A stretch of 50,539 nt of DNA from contig JAGDAG010000202.1 of assembly GCA_017959625.1 (NCBI GenBank), forward strand, positions 1 to 50,539. The letters run 5' to 3'. The position numbers were made by a program, and so were the translations under genes. Every line of letters begins with the position of its first letter. The first letter of the stretch is position 1. The notes under the pieces were generated by a model. That model was not told the origin of the DNA and made no database searches. It saw nothing but the letters and a program-made list of their open reading frames with translations. Below, in pieces: positions 34,836 through 44,701 of this stretch. Origin of the DNA: Abditibacteriota bacterium (GTDB lineage: Bacteria > Armatimonadota > UBA5829).

Positions 34836-36212
34836 CTATTTCAAAAAATACGACGAGTCGGCCGTTTCCTTTCCGTTGAAGCTGGCCCTGATAAGCAGGT
34901 GGTGGACGCCCCCCGGCAGGGCGGAGGTGTCCATGAGCATCTTCGCCGTGTCGTTGCCCGCTCCCTTGGAAACGCCGTCCAGATATATGATGTAATAATC
35001 CGCTCCCGCCATATGGGAGGGTATCTCGGGGCCGAATATATCCGCTTTGGGCCGGGCCCCCTGCTTTTTCACTTTTTCCGCCAGGGCCGACGCCGCCGCC
35101 TCCGCTTCCTTCAGGGCCAGCTCCGGGCTGTATTCCCCGAACATGAGGCGCACGTATTCCAGCCGGCGGCCTTTTTTGACAAAGCAGTCCGGCGAAAGCC
35201 CCGTTACGGCAGGCACGTCTTTAAAGGCTTCCTCTCCCTCAAACTTCACCATGGCCCGGAAGGAGTTCTCCGGATGCTCCGGATAATACCACAGGCCCAG
35301 GGTCTCCTTGAAGAGAGGCGGGCGGCCCTCCAGCTCGAAATCGTCCTTTCTGGAGCCTATCACCATTACCTGCTCCACGGCGTCGTCGTGGCGGGCGTAG
35401 TGGAAAAGGGGCTGTATCATGAAGCCGCCTCTGGATTCGTCTTTGGTGCTTTCCCTGGTCCCCGCGGGGCGTTTGGGGGAGGTGTCTATGGTCACGACCC
35501 CTCCGTGGACCGTGTTCAGCTGCCCCGGCCGGTCGTAGGCGGTGCCGTCAAAACGGCCCACGCCCTTTACGGGCTGCTCCACCTTTGTGAGCAGATAGGA
35601 GCCGCCGTCCTTCAGATACGCCGTGACGTCTCCCCCGGGCCTGTTCTCAAAATCGATATATTTTATTTGGGTCTCGGGCATTTGGACCGTGATGACCAGT
35701 ATATCCCCCTCCGCCGGGACGTAGGAGGTTTTCAGGGGCTCCAGGGCCCCGCCTTTTTCCAGAAACACCCTGCTGCCCTGAAAGGGAGCCAGGTTGCCGA
35801 AGATAAAGGAACCTGCCGCCACGTCGGTATGTATGCCGGAATCCCCCGTGGGGATGCCGCCGTAAAGCTCCGGCTCCGTGAAGAGCTCCGCCGGCACCAG
35901 GCTGAAGATGCTCATATCGTCGGGCCCGTCCTCGCGGCGGGAGCCGGAGGGGGACACCTTGATGCGTATGCCGTGGCTGGCCGCCGCCGCCACCAGGCCA
36001 CCCTCGGTGTAATCCGCCGCCAGAAAGGCCCTGCGGGTGCGGGAGGCGGCGCGGGTCACCCTGCCGCCGGCGTAATAGGTCCTGCCCCGGTCCAGGCTCA
36101 CCTGCACCAGGCCCCGGGCCCTGTTTTCCACCCGGATGCGGTAGATCTCTTCTCCGTAAAGCGCCGCAGACAGCATAAGCGCCGCAAAAATAAGCAAAAC
36201 AGTTTTTTTCAT
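34836..36212 (-). CDS. secreted protein, function unknown
   Basis: 458 aa. Signal peptide MKKTVLLIFAALMLSAALYG. 4-nt overlap with the upstream RNase H-domain gene. Family not recognised. Confidence 0.7.
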   Translation of the reverse strand: MKKTVLLIFAALMLSAALYGEEIYRIRVENRARGLVQVSLDRGRTYYAGGRVTRAASRTRRAFLAADYTEGGLVAAAASHGIRIKVSPSGSRREDGPDDMSIFSLVPAELFTEPELYGGIPTGDSGIHTDVAAGSFIFGNLAPFQGSRVFLEKGGALEPLKTSYVPAEGDILVITVQMPETQIKYIDFENRPGGDVTAYLKDGGSYLLTKVEQPVKGVGRFDGTAYDRPGQLNTVHGGVVTIDTSPKRPAGTRESTKDESRGGFMIQPLFHYARHDDAVEQVMVIGSRKDDFELEGRPPLFKETLGLWYYPEHPENSFRAMVKFEGEEAFKDVPAVTGLSPDCFVKKGRRLEYVRLMFGEYSPELALKEAEAAASALAEKVKKQGARPKADIFGPEIPSHMAGADYYIIYLDGVSKGAGNDTAKMLMDTSALPGGVHHLLIRASFNGKETADSSYFLK

Positions 36213-37456
36213 AATGCCCCCGTAAGAAACAGAAATTCCCTCCGCTTCGAATAAAGCCCGCCGCCGAGCCTCACAGGCTTGTCGGACAAAACCCCGGGAT
36301 CGACCCGGGTCTTTATGCCGCTGAGAAACGCCCTGTCGCCGGCGCAGAAAGCGACCCTCATGAAGGGCAGCACCTTGTCCATGACAGAGGGGGAAGTCGA
36401 GCTGATCTCCAGCAGCTTTATGCAGGCCCTGCGGCCGTTTTCGTAATCTTCCGAGGTGAGCGCCGGAGCAACGAGACAGGGCTCTATAAAGCCCTTGAAG
36501 AGAGCCCTCACGAGTTCTTTTTGGATGGCGCGGGAATCATGGCGCATCAAAAGGCATTTTTCCGCGGTGGAACAGGCCTTGCGGGCAAGCTCGGGGGAAG
36601 CGCCGGTCATACATTTCAGATAAAACGCGACCCGGTCGTCGGAAAGAGTGTTGTTCATAAAGGGCTTAAGAAGCTGCCAGGCCTCCATAAAGCGCTCCTC
36701 CTTTGCCAACGCTTCGGCGCTGCCGAAGGCCTCGGCGGGGGTCGTCCCGTTTTCCGGCGGGAGCTCATATGCCATCTGGGGGATATCCTGCACTGGCTGG
36801 GGGATGGCTGCCTCCGGAGGAGTATCCTTGGCCGTTTCCTTGGCCGTTTCCTTATCTGTTTCCTTGCCGGCTTCCTTGTCCGTTTCCTTGTTTCCGGCCG
36901 TTTTTTCTTTTTGCTTATTCTCCAGCATGCTGCGGAGATCCACGTGTTTAAGGGAATAAATATCTATGGGTCCGCCGTTTTCCGGGTCTCCCCCGGTCTC
37001 TCTGCGGACAGCAGCTCTCTCTTCCGTATCTCCCGGAAGGGCGGGGACCTTGTCCAGGGCTCCTATGGCATATTTAGCCAGCTTGTCGGCATACTCGTTC
37101 CAGACCTCGCCGGTATGGCTCTCGGTCTTGAACCAGGTCACCCGGACCCCGGAGGAAGCAACGTAGTTTTTATAGTATTTGGTAAGCACCGTATTGGATT
37201 TGAAGGTGCCCTCCGCCCAGGCCTGCAGCCCGGTGTAATCATGATGGATATTGACGGCGCCGATATCGTTCTCGCCGCAGAAATCCAGAAGCTTCAGCAC
37301 GGCAAAGATCTCTCCCGCCACGTTCCTGTGGGAAAGGAATTCCGGCGGCACGTCCGTCCCGTATTCCTCGCACAGATACTCGCCGTCCTCCAGGACCACA
37401 AAGGCCCAGCCGGCAGTATTGTTCCGGAAAGAACCGTCAACCCAGGCGTCTGTCAT
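36209..37456 (-). CDS. RNase H (type 1) domain protein with low-complexity KET-repeat linker and unknown C-terminal domain
   Basis: The N-terminal ~135 aa are VDGSF...NVAGE...HHDYTG...HTGEVWNEYADKLA, with the DEDD-type RNase H residue pattern. A linker follows (KQKEKTAGNKETDKEAGKETDKETAKETAKD). The last ~190 aa are a helical region of unknown family. Confidence 0.7.
   Translation of the reverse strand: MTDAWVDGSFRNNTAGWAFVVLEDGEYLCEEYGTDVPPEFLSHRNVAGEIFAVLKLLDFCGENDIGAVNIHHDYTGLQAWAEGTFKSNTVLTKYYKNYVASSGVRVTWFKTESHTGEVWNEYADKLAKYAIGALDKVPALPGDTEERAAVRRETGGDPENGGPIDIYSLKHVDLRSMLENKQKEKTAGNKETDKEAGKETDKETAKETAKDTPPEAAIPQPVQDIPQMAYELPPENGTTPAEAFGSAEALAKEERFMEAWQLLKPFMNNTLSDDRVAFYLKCMTGASPELARKACSTAEKCLLMRHDSRAIQKELVRALFKGFIEPCLVAPALTSEDYENGRRACIKLLEISSTSPSVMDKVLPFMRVAFCAGDRAFLSGIKTRVDPGVLSDKPVRLGGGLYSKRREFLFLTGAL
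36826..36895. repeat. imperfect 12-nt tandem repeat (about 6 units) inside the RNase H-domain gene
   Basis: The plus strand reads CCTTGGCCGTTT CCTTGGCCGTTT CCTTATCTGTTT CCTTGCCGGCTT CCTTGTCCGTTT CCTTGTTTCC. This encodes the (K/A)ETx repeats. Confidence 0.8.
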
Positions 37457-38546
37457 TATCGCTTGCCTCCCGTATCATATCGAAAACCATCATTTTTATT
37501 ATATCCTGCGGCTCTTCGCTGAGACCCTCGGCCCCCTTCAGCGCGGCGTCGGTATCCGCCGCGATACGTATCCAGGCGGCAAGGGCGGGAAAGCCCGTCC
37601 TGCGGGCCATATCCGTAAACCGTTTCTGAAGCCACGGCTGCTTTTTGAGAAGCGAGGGGGCGGCAAAAAGGCCGGCGTATTCCCCCATATCCTCTTCCGT
37701 GACCGCTTTTCCCCCTGTCCGGGGGCCCTTCTCCAGAATGATGCGGGCCTGCCACAGCTGGCGGAGCTGGCCGGCCAGAAGGGACATGAGGCGCAGCGCG
37801 GCGGCGGCGGGGTCGGACCCCTCGGTAAAAAGCTCCTCCGCAAGCCTGAGAGCAAGGGCGCCCTGCCTGCCCAGCAGCGCGTCCATGAATTCAAACACCC
37901 TTTCTTCCGGGGTCAGGGAAGAGCACTCCCTTACGTCCTTTGCCGTGACCTTTTTTGTGTCCCGGCAGTAGGCGCACAGCTTATCCGTTTCGAAGGCAAG
38001 AAGAGTGTAATCCGTCCCCACCCGGCTTATGAGCAGATCCACGGCGGCGGGCTCCGCGACCGTATCCCTTTCGGCAAAAAGACGCTTTACAAAAGGGACC
38101 ACCTGGGTCTCGATGTCCCTTTTTTTGGTGACAGGCTCAAAATCCATCACCTTTCCCGTTTTCCGGACCGCGGCGGAGAGCTCGGAAACCACGGAGGAGG
38201 AAGCGGCGGGGCGCCCGTCCTTCATTTCCGGAGCGGGGACCACAAGTATCACACAGCCGCTTTCCGGCACCATATACAGGTTTTTGGCCAGTTCCCGCTG
38301 CTGATCGGGAGGCATTTTGTTGGCATACTTCACCAGCACCACCCTCCTGGGAGAGCCCGCCGGCAGTATCCCCGCTCCCGTAAGTATGGTGCTTGCCTCA
38401 GCGCTTTGCCCGGAATATTCGTCCACGTCAAAAACGGCGAATTCCGGCGAAGTCGTTTTTTCCAAAAGCGCTTCAAGGGCTTTCTCCTTGCTGTAGTCGT
38501 CTCTGCCCTGCAGCAAATATATCCTGAAGTCTTCTTTTTCTGCCAT
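37437..38546 (-). CDS. holA: DNA polymerase III delta subunit
   Basis: About 369 aa. The layout is typical of HolA (IYLLQGRDDYSKEKAL..., LVVPAPE..., later helical domain). ATG 38546 is preceded by GGAGGA. The track start 38567 would lie inside or at the predicted promoter. Confidence 0.78.
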   Translation of the reverse strand: MAEKEDFRIYLLQGRDDYSKEKALEALLEKTTSPEFAVFDVDEYSGQSAEASTILTGAGILPAGSPRRVVLVKYANKMPPDQQRELAKNLYMVPESGCVILVVPAPEMKDGRPAASSSVVSELSAAVRKTGKVMDFEPVTKKRDIETQVVPFVKRLFAERDTVAEPAAVDLLISRVGTDYTLLAFETDKLCAYCRDTKKVTAKDVRECSSLTPEERVFEFMDALLGRQGALALRLAEELFTEGSDPAAAALRLMSLLAGQLRQLWQARIILEKGPRTGGKAVTEEDMGEYAGLFAAPSLLKKQPWLQKRFTDMARRTGFPALAAWIRIAADTDAALKGAEGLSEEPQDIIKMMVFDMIREASDNDRRLG

Positions 38547-38571
38547 GATCTCCTCCGTCCGCATCAATTTT

Positions 38572-38580
38572 ATTATATCA
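38572..38580 (-). promoter_or_regulatory. extended -10 element (TGATATAAT) for holA operon
   Basis: The minus strand reads TGATATAAT about 26 nt upstream of ATG 38546. Confidence 0.5.
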
Positions 38581-38608
38581 TAAAAGGGGCTCCGGTATCA
38601 CATGCGTA

Positions 38609-38637
38609 TTGAAATAAACGCAAAGATGTGCTATAAT
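38609..38637 (+). promoter_or_regulatory. promoter of URO-D paralog 3
   Basis: TTGAAA (38609-38614), a 17-nt spacer containing TGC, then TATAAT (38632-38637). Confidence 0.6.
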
Positions 38638-38663
38638 GCCATTATAACCAAAAGGAAACGCGT

Positions 38664-39794
38664 ATGACAGGCAGACAAAGGATACTAAACACTCTGAGAG
38701 GACTTCCGACAGACAGGCCTCCCGTCAATTTTTATGAGATCGGAGGCTTCAACGTGGATCCCGGGGACCCATCTCCCTACAACGTTTACAACTCGCCGGA
38801 CTGGCAGCCTCTTCTCCGGCTTGCGGAAGAAAAAACCGACATTATGCGCTTCGGGATCGTCCGAAGGACCCCAAGATACCCGGAGATCCACCGCGAGCTG
38901 ATAACGTCCGTCAGCGAAGACACGGGAAAAAGCGTGATAACCAGGACCGTCTTCAACATAAAGGGCCATCCGCTCACCCGGACGGACCGCCGGGACGTTT
39001 CCGCGGACACCGTGTGGCACACGGAGCATCTGCTGAAATCGGAAGAGGATCTGGAGGCCTTTCTTTCCCTGCCCGACGAACTGTTCATGTATGATTACGA
39101 CGCTTCGCCCATGACGAAACAGGAAGAGGAGCTGGGAGACAGAGGCGTAGTTATGGCAGACGGAGCCGACGCCCTGGCAGAAGCGGCAGTGCTGTTTTCC
39201 ATGGAGGATTACACCGTGCTGGCCCTGACCCGTCCCGAAACCTTCAGAAGGCTTCTGGACAAGCTTCAGCCCTTTCAGCTTGAAAGATATTCCGCTATTG
39301 CCGCCCAGAGGCCGGATACCGTGTGGCGGCTCTGCGGCCCGGAATACGCCGCCCCTCCCTACCTTCCGCCGAAACTCTTCCGGGAGTTCGTAGTGCCCTA
39401 TGACAAGCCTCTCACAGACGTCATACACCGCTCGGGGGGGCTCTGCAGGCTCCACTGCCACGGCAGGATAAAAGAAGTCATTCCGTATATCCTGGAGCTG
39501 GAGCCCGACGGCATCGACCCGGTGGAACCTCCCGGACAGGGAGACGTGACCCTGAAGGAAGCGGGAGAGCTGCTGGGGGACGGAGTGGCTCTTTTCGGAA
39601 ATATAGAAGCCAGCGATATAGAGACCCTGCAGCCGCCGGAATTCGAAAAAAAGGTGCTCACGGCCGTCCGGGAAGGAACGGACAGAAAAGGAGGCTTCTG
39701 CCTGCAGCCCTCCGCCTCTCCCTACGGCAGGAACATCCCGCCGCGGGTCCTTGAAAACTATCATATAATGCTGCGGGGTGTGGGAGCGGAATAG
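38664..39794 (+). CDS. uroporphyrinogen decarboxylase (URO-D) family protein (paralog 3)
   Basis: 376 aa. Contains LHCHGRIKEV, DGIDPVEPP and FGNIE, with the same domain order as paralogs 1 and 2. Confidence 0.75.
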   Translation: MTGRQRILNTLRGLPTDRPPVNFYEIGGFNVDPGDPSPYNVYNSPDWQPLLRLAEEKTDIMRFGIVRRTPRYPEIHRELITSVSEDTGKSVITRTVFNIKGHPLTRTDRRDVSADTVWHTEHLLKSEEDLEAFLSLPDELFMYDYDASPMTKQEEELGDRGVVMADGADALAEAAVLFSMEDYTVLALTRPETFRRLLDKLQPFQLERYSAIAAQRPDTVWRLCGPEYAAPPYLPPKLFREFVVPYDKPLTDVIHRSGGLCRLHCHGRIKEVIPYILELEPDGIDPVEPPGQGDVTLKEAGELLGDGVALFGNIEASDIETLQPPEFEKKVLTAVREGTDRKGGFCLQPSASPYGRNIPPRVLENYHIMLRGVGAE

Positions 39795-39818
39795 GCCTGT
39801 TCGGGGCCGTGAAAAAAA

Positions 39819-39844
39819 CCGGTCCGCCTTTACGGGCGGACCGG
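39819..39844. terminator. bidirectional intrinsic terminator
   Basis: CCGGTCCGCC-TTTAC-GGGCGGACCGG is flanked by AAAAAAA and CTGCTTTTA. It lies between convergent genes. Confidence 0.85.
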
Positions 39845-39881
39845 TCTGCTTTTACGCGGGCGTCCGGCGCCCGCTTTGTTT

Positions 39882-41807
39882 TTATATCTTTTCTATGGCC
39901 TCGATACCTATGGAATCCAAAGCGTTTTTCATCACCTGCCTGAAAGCGGCCACAAGGGCCAGGCGGAACCGACGGAGCTCCGGATCGGCGATGTTGATAA
40001 AGGCCACCCGCTTTTCTTCGGAGGGATCGGGGTTCTCGTAAAAAGCGGTAAAAACGCTTGCCAGCTCCAGGGCGTATCTGGTCACGGGAGCGGGAGAGAG
40101 TTCTTCCGCAGCCTTTTCCAGAATCTGCGGAAACTCCGCAAGCTTGTCGATAAGGGCCTTTTCCGTTTCCGTAACCTTCACGGGAGCGGCCCCGTCAAAG
40201 CAGACCTCGCCGGCCTTCGACAGCACCGAGCAGGCCCTTGCGTGGGCGTATTCGCAGTAGATCCCCGAATCGCCGGTGGTTTTCAGCGCATCCTCAAAAT
40301 CGAACACCAGTATCTTGTTGTTGGTGGTCCGGCTCATAAAATAACGCACGGCGGCGCAGGCAAGGACGTCAAGGCTCTTTTCATCGGTTACCTTCTCGCC
40401 GATCTTCCGCTTCATGATATCTATCAGGTCGTCGCCCTTTACCCCCAGCCCTTTTCTGCCGCTCATGGCCACCTGGGAGGAGCCCTCCGTATCCATTCCG
40501 AGCTCCTTTGCCGCCTTGGCCGACAGGACCACTACCTCGTAGCCCAGGTGCACCGAGTTTTCGGACTCCTTTTCATACCCCAGCTTTCCCAGGCATTCAT
40601 ATACTATCTGCTGCGTGTAGCTCTGGCGGCAGTCGATAACGTTTATCACTCTGTCCGCCCTGCCCCAGCGGCCGGACTCTTCCCCGTCCGGGGCGGTAGT
40701 GGTCAGGATGCTGCCGTCGGGCTGGCGCGACCATTCCTTATAAAGGAAATCTCTTCCCAGCACGCCGAATTTCCACATCTGATACGCTATGTCCTTGCCG
40801 GTATACGTAACGATGCCGTTGGAGCGCACCAGGATCTTGTCTTCGCTTTTCAGCCCCTCGTCGGTCTCCACCACGCCGGCGCCGTATCTCACCACCCAGC
40901 AGCCCTTGTTGGGGCCTTCGGTCTCATACACCACGGCGCCGCTTTCCCTGAGCCTTTCAAAGGCGGCAGCCCAGAAGCCCCGCAGGAATATATCCGATTC
41001 CCAGTTCAGCAGGTCGTAATACACGTTGAGCCTGCCCACCGTGGCAAGATGGGCCTTCACTATTTTCACAGCAACTTCTCTGGCAAAGGCGGCCACGGGG
41101 TTGTCCTGAGCCTCTATGAGGTGCAGTATCTCCGTCCGTTTTGCCTTCAGCTTTTCGTCCTTTTCGTAGGCTTCGGAAATGCGGGAATAAATATCCCAGC
41201 ACCAGTAGTCGAAGGACACGGAGGCGTCCGCCTTTTTCCATACGGAAGCGATATCCTTTCCGTCGTAATACGGAGGGTCCAGATACAGCATGGCGCACAC
41301 CACGTCGGCCACCTGGACTCCTGTGTCGTCGATATAGTTGCAGGCCTGCACGCTGTTTCCCAGCCGTCTGAGGATGCGCACCACGCTGTCCCCTATTATA
41401 CAGTTCCGGAGATGTCCGATATGCATAGCCTTGTTGGGGTTCACGTTGGTATGCTCCACAAGGATCCCTGTCCCGGTCTTCTCTTTGTTGCCGAAGGAAT
41501 CTCCCGCGGCAAATATGTTTTTCAGGAGCTCCCGGGTATAAGAAGTATAATCCACTCTGAAGTTGATATAGCCCGGCCTGGAGACCTCCACCGCGGCGAT
41601 AAAAGGCAGCTCCGCATTTCTCAGCCGTTCCGCCAGCTCCTCTGCGATCTCAAAAGGCGGCCTGCGGAGCTTCCCGGCAAAAGGCATACAGACTGCGGTG
41701 GAAAAATCGCCCATCTCCTTTTTGGGGGGCACGTTAAAGCTTACCGCAAGCCCGCTGTCGCCGAAATATTCCCGGATCTTTGCAATGATTTCTTCCTGAA
41801 GCATCAA
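39882..41807 (-). CDS. argS: arginine--tRNA ligase (long form)
   Basis: 641 aa. HIGH-type motif NPNKAMHIGHLRN. N-terminal Arg-tRNA-binding-like region. C-terminal anticodon-binding (DALR-like) helical domain. Confidence 0.88.
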   Translation of the reverse strand: MMLQEEIIAKIREYFGDSGLAVSFNVPPKKEMGDFSTAVCMPFAGKLRRPPFEIAEELAERLRNAELPFIAAVEVSRPGYINFRVDYTSYTRELLKNIFAAGDSFGNKEKTGTGILVEHTNVNPNKAMHIGHLRNCIIGDSVVRILRRLGNSVQACNYIDDTGVQVADVVCAMLYLDPPYYDGKDIASVWKKADASVSFDYWCWDIYSRISEAYEKDEKLKAKRTEILHLIEAQDNPVAAFAREVAVKIVKAHLATVGRLNVYYDLLNWESDIFLRGFWAAAFERLRESGAVVYETEGPNKGCWVVRYGAGVVETDEGLKSEDKILVRSNGIVTYTGKDIAYQMWKFGVLGRDFLYKEWSRQPDGSILTTTAPDGEESGRWGRADRVINVIDCRQSYTQQIVYECLGKLGYEKESENSVHLGYEVVVLSAKAAKELGMDTEGSSQVAMSGRKGLGVKGDDLIDIMKRKIGEKVTDEKSLDVLACAAVRYFMSRTTNNKILVFDFEDALKTTGDSGIYCEYAHARACSVLSKAGEVCFDGAAPVKVTETEKALIDKLAEFPQILEKAAEELSPAPVTRYALELASVFTAFYENPDPSEEKRVAFINIADPELRRFRLALVAAFRQVMKNALDSIGIEAIEKI

Positions 41808-42457
41808 ATCATCTCCCTCTCTGCCGCAATGCGCAGCAGTTCCTTTATCTTTCTCATGGCCTTGCCTCTGTGGGACACGGCGTTCTTTTCCTCCGGAGAG
41901 GCCTCTGCCAGCCGGCAGCCCAGACAGGGCGCATAAAACACCGGATCGAACCCGAAACCGTTGCTGCCCCCGGGCTCAAATGCGATCTCTCCCTCCAGAA
42001 AGGCTTTTACGGTTATTATACGGGGATCGTTCCGATAAAAAACGTAATCGCCGTTTTCACCGGCTGCATTTTTCAGTTCCCGGATCAGATCCGCATCCGG
42101 TGAATACAGACAGGCGCAGCACACAAAACGGGCCCTCCTGTCTTCCGCGCCTTCCATCTCCGCCAGCAGTTTTCTGCACCTTTCCTCGTCTCCCGAGGCG
42201 TAGCGGGCGGAATATATCCCGGGGCGCCCTCCGAGACTGTCCACCTGCAGGCCGGAATCGTCTCCCAGGGACAGCATACCAAAACGTTTTCCGCAGCCTT
42301 CAGCCTTCAGCACGGCGTTTTCTTCAAAAGAAGAGCCGGTTTCCTCGATATCAAAAGCGGGATCCGGAATGCTGACAGGCTCTATGGGGATATCGGAGAA
42401 GAGAGCCTCCATTTCCCGCACTTTTCCCCTGTTCCGGGTAGCAAGAAGCAGCTTCAT
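41804..42457 (-). CDS. rdgB: non-canonical purine NTP (dITP/XTP) pyrophosphatase
   Basis: 217 aa. Contains LLLATRNRGKVREM, DDSGL, GGRPGIYSARY, GFGFDP and SHRGKA. Confidence 0.9.
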   Translation of the reverse strand: MKLLLATRNRGKVREMEALFSDIPIEPVSIPDPAFDIEETGSSFEENAVLKAEGCGKRFGMLSLGDDSGLQVDSLGGRPGIYSARYASGDEERCRKLLAEMEGAEDRRARFVCCACLYSPDADLIRELKNAAGENGDYVFYRNDPRIITVKAFLEGEIAFEPGGSNGFGFDPVFYAPCLGCRLAEASPEEKNAVSHRGKAMRKIKELLRIAAEREMI

Positions 42458-43173
42458 TTATACCCCGCCTGCTTAATGATCTCAAACAAACCGTTTATGC
42501 CTTCCTGAGCCAGATCCAGAAGAGCGTCAAACTTTTTGCGGGCAAGAGGATACCCCTCTGCCGTGCTCTGGACCTCTATGAGCCTTCCGGAAGAAGTCAT
42601 GACAACGTTCATATCCACCCTGGCATTGGAGTCTTCCGCGTAAGCCAGGTCCAGAAAAGAATCGCTTCCCACTATCCCGCAGCTTACCGCCGCCACCTTT
42701 TCGGTATAGGGAAGCCTGGGTATCACGCGCTCCTCCAGGAGCCTTTGACAGGCGTCGGAAAAAGCAAGAAAGCTTCCCGTCACCGAAGCAGTGCGGGTGC
42801 CTCCGTCCGCCTGCACCACGTCGCAGTCCAGCCAGACGGTCCTTTCGCCCAGAAGGTCAAGATCCACGGCGCTGCGTATGGAGCGGCCGATGAGCCTTTG
42901 TATCTCCATGCTCCTCCCGTCGGGCTTTCCCCTGGTGATATCACGCTGCTTCCTGGTTTCGCAGCTGCAGGGAAGCATAGAATATTCGGCGCTTATCCAG
43001 CCGCTGCCGGTCCCTTTAAGGAAAGGAGGCACCTTCTCTTCCACAGATGCGGTGCAGATGACTCTGGTGTTCCCTATCTCTATCAGCACGCTGCCGTCTG
43101 CATTGGGCATAAAATCCCTGGTAAGGGTCACCGGCCTCAGTTCATCCGCCGCTCTTCCGTCAAAACGAACCAT
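42454..43173 (-). CDS. rph: ribonuclease PH
   Basis: 239 aa. Contains RFDGRAADELRPV, GWISAEYSMLP and DCDVVQADGGTRTAS. Confidence 0.93.
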   Translation of the reverse strand: MVRFDGRAADELRPVTLTRDFMPNADGSVLIEIGNTRVICTASVEEKVPPFLKGTGSGWISAEYSMLPCSCETRKQRDITRGKPDGRSMEIQRLIGRSIRSAVDLDLLGERTVWLDCDVVQADGGTRTASVTGSFLAFSDACQRLLEERVIPRLPYTEKVAAVSCGIVGSDSFLDLAYAEDSNARVDMNVVMTSSGRLIEVQSTAEGYPLARKKFDALLDLAQEGINGLFEIIKQAGYK

Positions 43174-43496
43174 TACAGCACGCTGTCCAGTTTGCTTTTC
43201 AAAACAGGCTTGGGCTGCAGGCCTACCGTCCTTGCCGCGATCTCACCGTCCTTGAAAACTATAACGGTGGGAATGCTCATCACCTGGAACCTGGTGGCCG
43301 AATCGCCGTTGTCGTCGATGTCAATTTTCACAAATTTGATCTTTCCGGCATATTCCTCTGCCAGTTCGTCTATGACAGGCGCCAGCATCTTGCAGGGGCC
43401 GCACCAGGTCGCCCAAAAGTCCACCGCCACAGGGACGGGTGATTTCATGACCTCCTGCTCAAAATCGGCAGAAGAGATCTCTTTTACGTTACTCAT
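43173..43496 (-). CDS. trxA: thioredoxin
   Basis: 107 aa. WCGPC active site. Canonical length. Confidence 0.93.
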   Translation of the reverse strand: MSNVKEISSADFEQEVMKSPVPVAVDFWATWCGPCKMLAPVIDELAEEYAGKIKFVKIDIDDNGDSATRFQVMSIPTVIVFKDGEIAARTVGLQPKPVLKSKLDSVL

Positions 43497-43522
43497 TTTT
43501 ATTGTCTCCTGTTTTCAGATTG

Positions 43523-44701
43523 CTAATTCAGTTCTTCTTCGGAAAGCCTGCCGGCGCCGTTCTCGGCGCTGCAGACCCACAGCTCGGGAACAACGCCGCA
43601 AACGGCGGCGTATTCCCTTTTCACATATTCGGAAAAGGCGTCTGCGGAAGCGGCTTCCACAAGGCTTACGGTGCAGCCGGCAAAGCCGGCGCCGGCAAGC
43701 CTTCCGGAAAGAGCGCCGGGAGCCCTGCGGGAGATCCCCACCATTGCCTCCAGCTCCGGTCCGGAGACCTCGTAATCGTCCCGGGCGGAATCGTGGCTCC
43801 GGTCCATCAGACGCCCGAAGGCTTCGTAGTCGCCGGCGCGGAGCACCTCGATGGCCTTGAGGCCTCTTTCGTTTTCCGAAATAACGTGGCGCGCCCTCAT
43901 ATACTGCTTTTCCGTAAGCTCGCCCTTGTGCTTTTCTATCATTTCCATATCGGCGTCTCTGAGAGCCTTTACCCGGGGATAGTGGGCCTGCAGCACGGCC
44001 ACAGCCTCCTCGCACTGGGCGCGGCGGGCTCCGTATTCGCTGTCCACGAGCCCTCTTTCCTTCATGGTGTTGCAGACAACGATCTTATACCGGCTGCAGT
44101 CAAGGGGGAGCTGTTTATGCTCCAGGGTCCGGCAGTCCAGAAAAAGGGCGTGGTCTTTTTTGCCGTTTCTGGATACGAACTGATCCATGATGCCCGTACT
44201 CACTCCCACGAATCTGTTTTCCGCCTTTTGCCCCACGAGGGCCATATCCTTGCCGGACATCTCAACACCGTAGAGGGTCTGGAGCATCACTCCGGTGGCG
44301 TTTTCCAGAGCGGCCGAAGAGCTGAGCCCGCTGCCTATAGGCACGGTGCTTTGCAAAACTATGTCCGCGCCTCCGAAAACCGCTCCCGCTTCCGCGAGAT
44401 ATTTGACCACTCCCCTGCAGTAATTGCTCCAGAAACAAACCTCGTCTTTTCTGATGTCGTCCGCGCAAAACTCTGCGGTCTCGTTTTTGTTGACGGAATG
44501 GATGCGGATCTTATTTCCGTCTGTTTTTCTTCCGCAGGCCGCCACGTTCAGGTCCACGGCGATGGGAAGCACGAAACCGTCGTTGTAATCCGTATGGATC
44601 CCCAGAAGATCCACCCTTCCCGGGCTCTGTATGAAGGCTTCCGGCGCGCCGCCGAAAAGCTCCGAGAACCTGTTTTTCAGTTTTTCATATCTTGCTTTCA
44701 C
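43523..44701 (-). CDS. galK: galactokinase
   Basis: 392 aa. Contains SPGRVDLLGIHTDYNDGFVLP, GHMP-kinase motif GSGLSSSAA and GAGFAGC. Confidence 0.9.
   Translation of the reverse strand: MKARYEKLKNRFSELFGGAPEAFIQSPGRVDLLGIHTDYNDGFVLPIAVDLNVAACGRKTDGNKIRIHSVNKNETAEFCADDIRKDEVCFWSNYCRGVVKYLAEAGAVFGGADIVLQSTVPIGSGLSSSAALENATGVMLQTLYGVEMSGKDMALVGQKAENRFVGVSTGIMDQFVSRNGKKDHALFLDCRTLEHKQLPLDCSRYKIVVCNTMKERGLVDSEYGARRAQCEEAVAVLQAHYPRVKALRDADMEMIEKHKGELTEKQYMRARHVISENERGLKAIEVLRAGDYEAFGRLMDRSHDSARDDYEVSGPELEAMVGISRRAPGALSGRLAGAGFAGCTVSLVEAASADAFSEYVKREYAAVCGVVPELWVCSAENGAGRLSEEELN

Noticed and set aside
36826-36895. 12-nt tandem repeat considered as a CRISPR array or non-coding VNTR
   Set aside because: The units are contiguous with no spacers, only about 70 nt in total, in frame, and they encode the KET-rich linker of the RNase H-domain protein.
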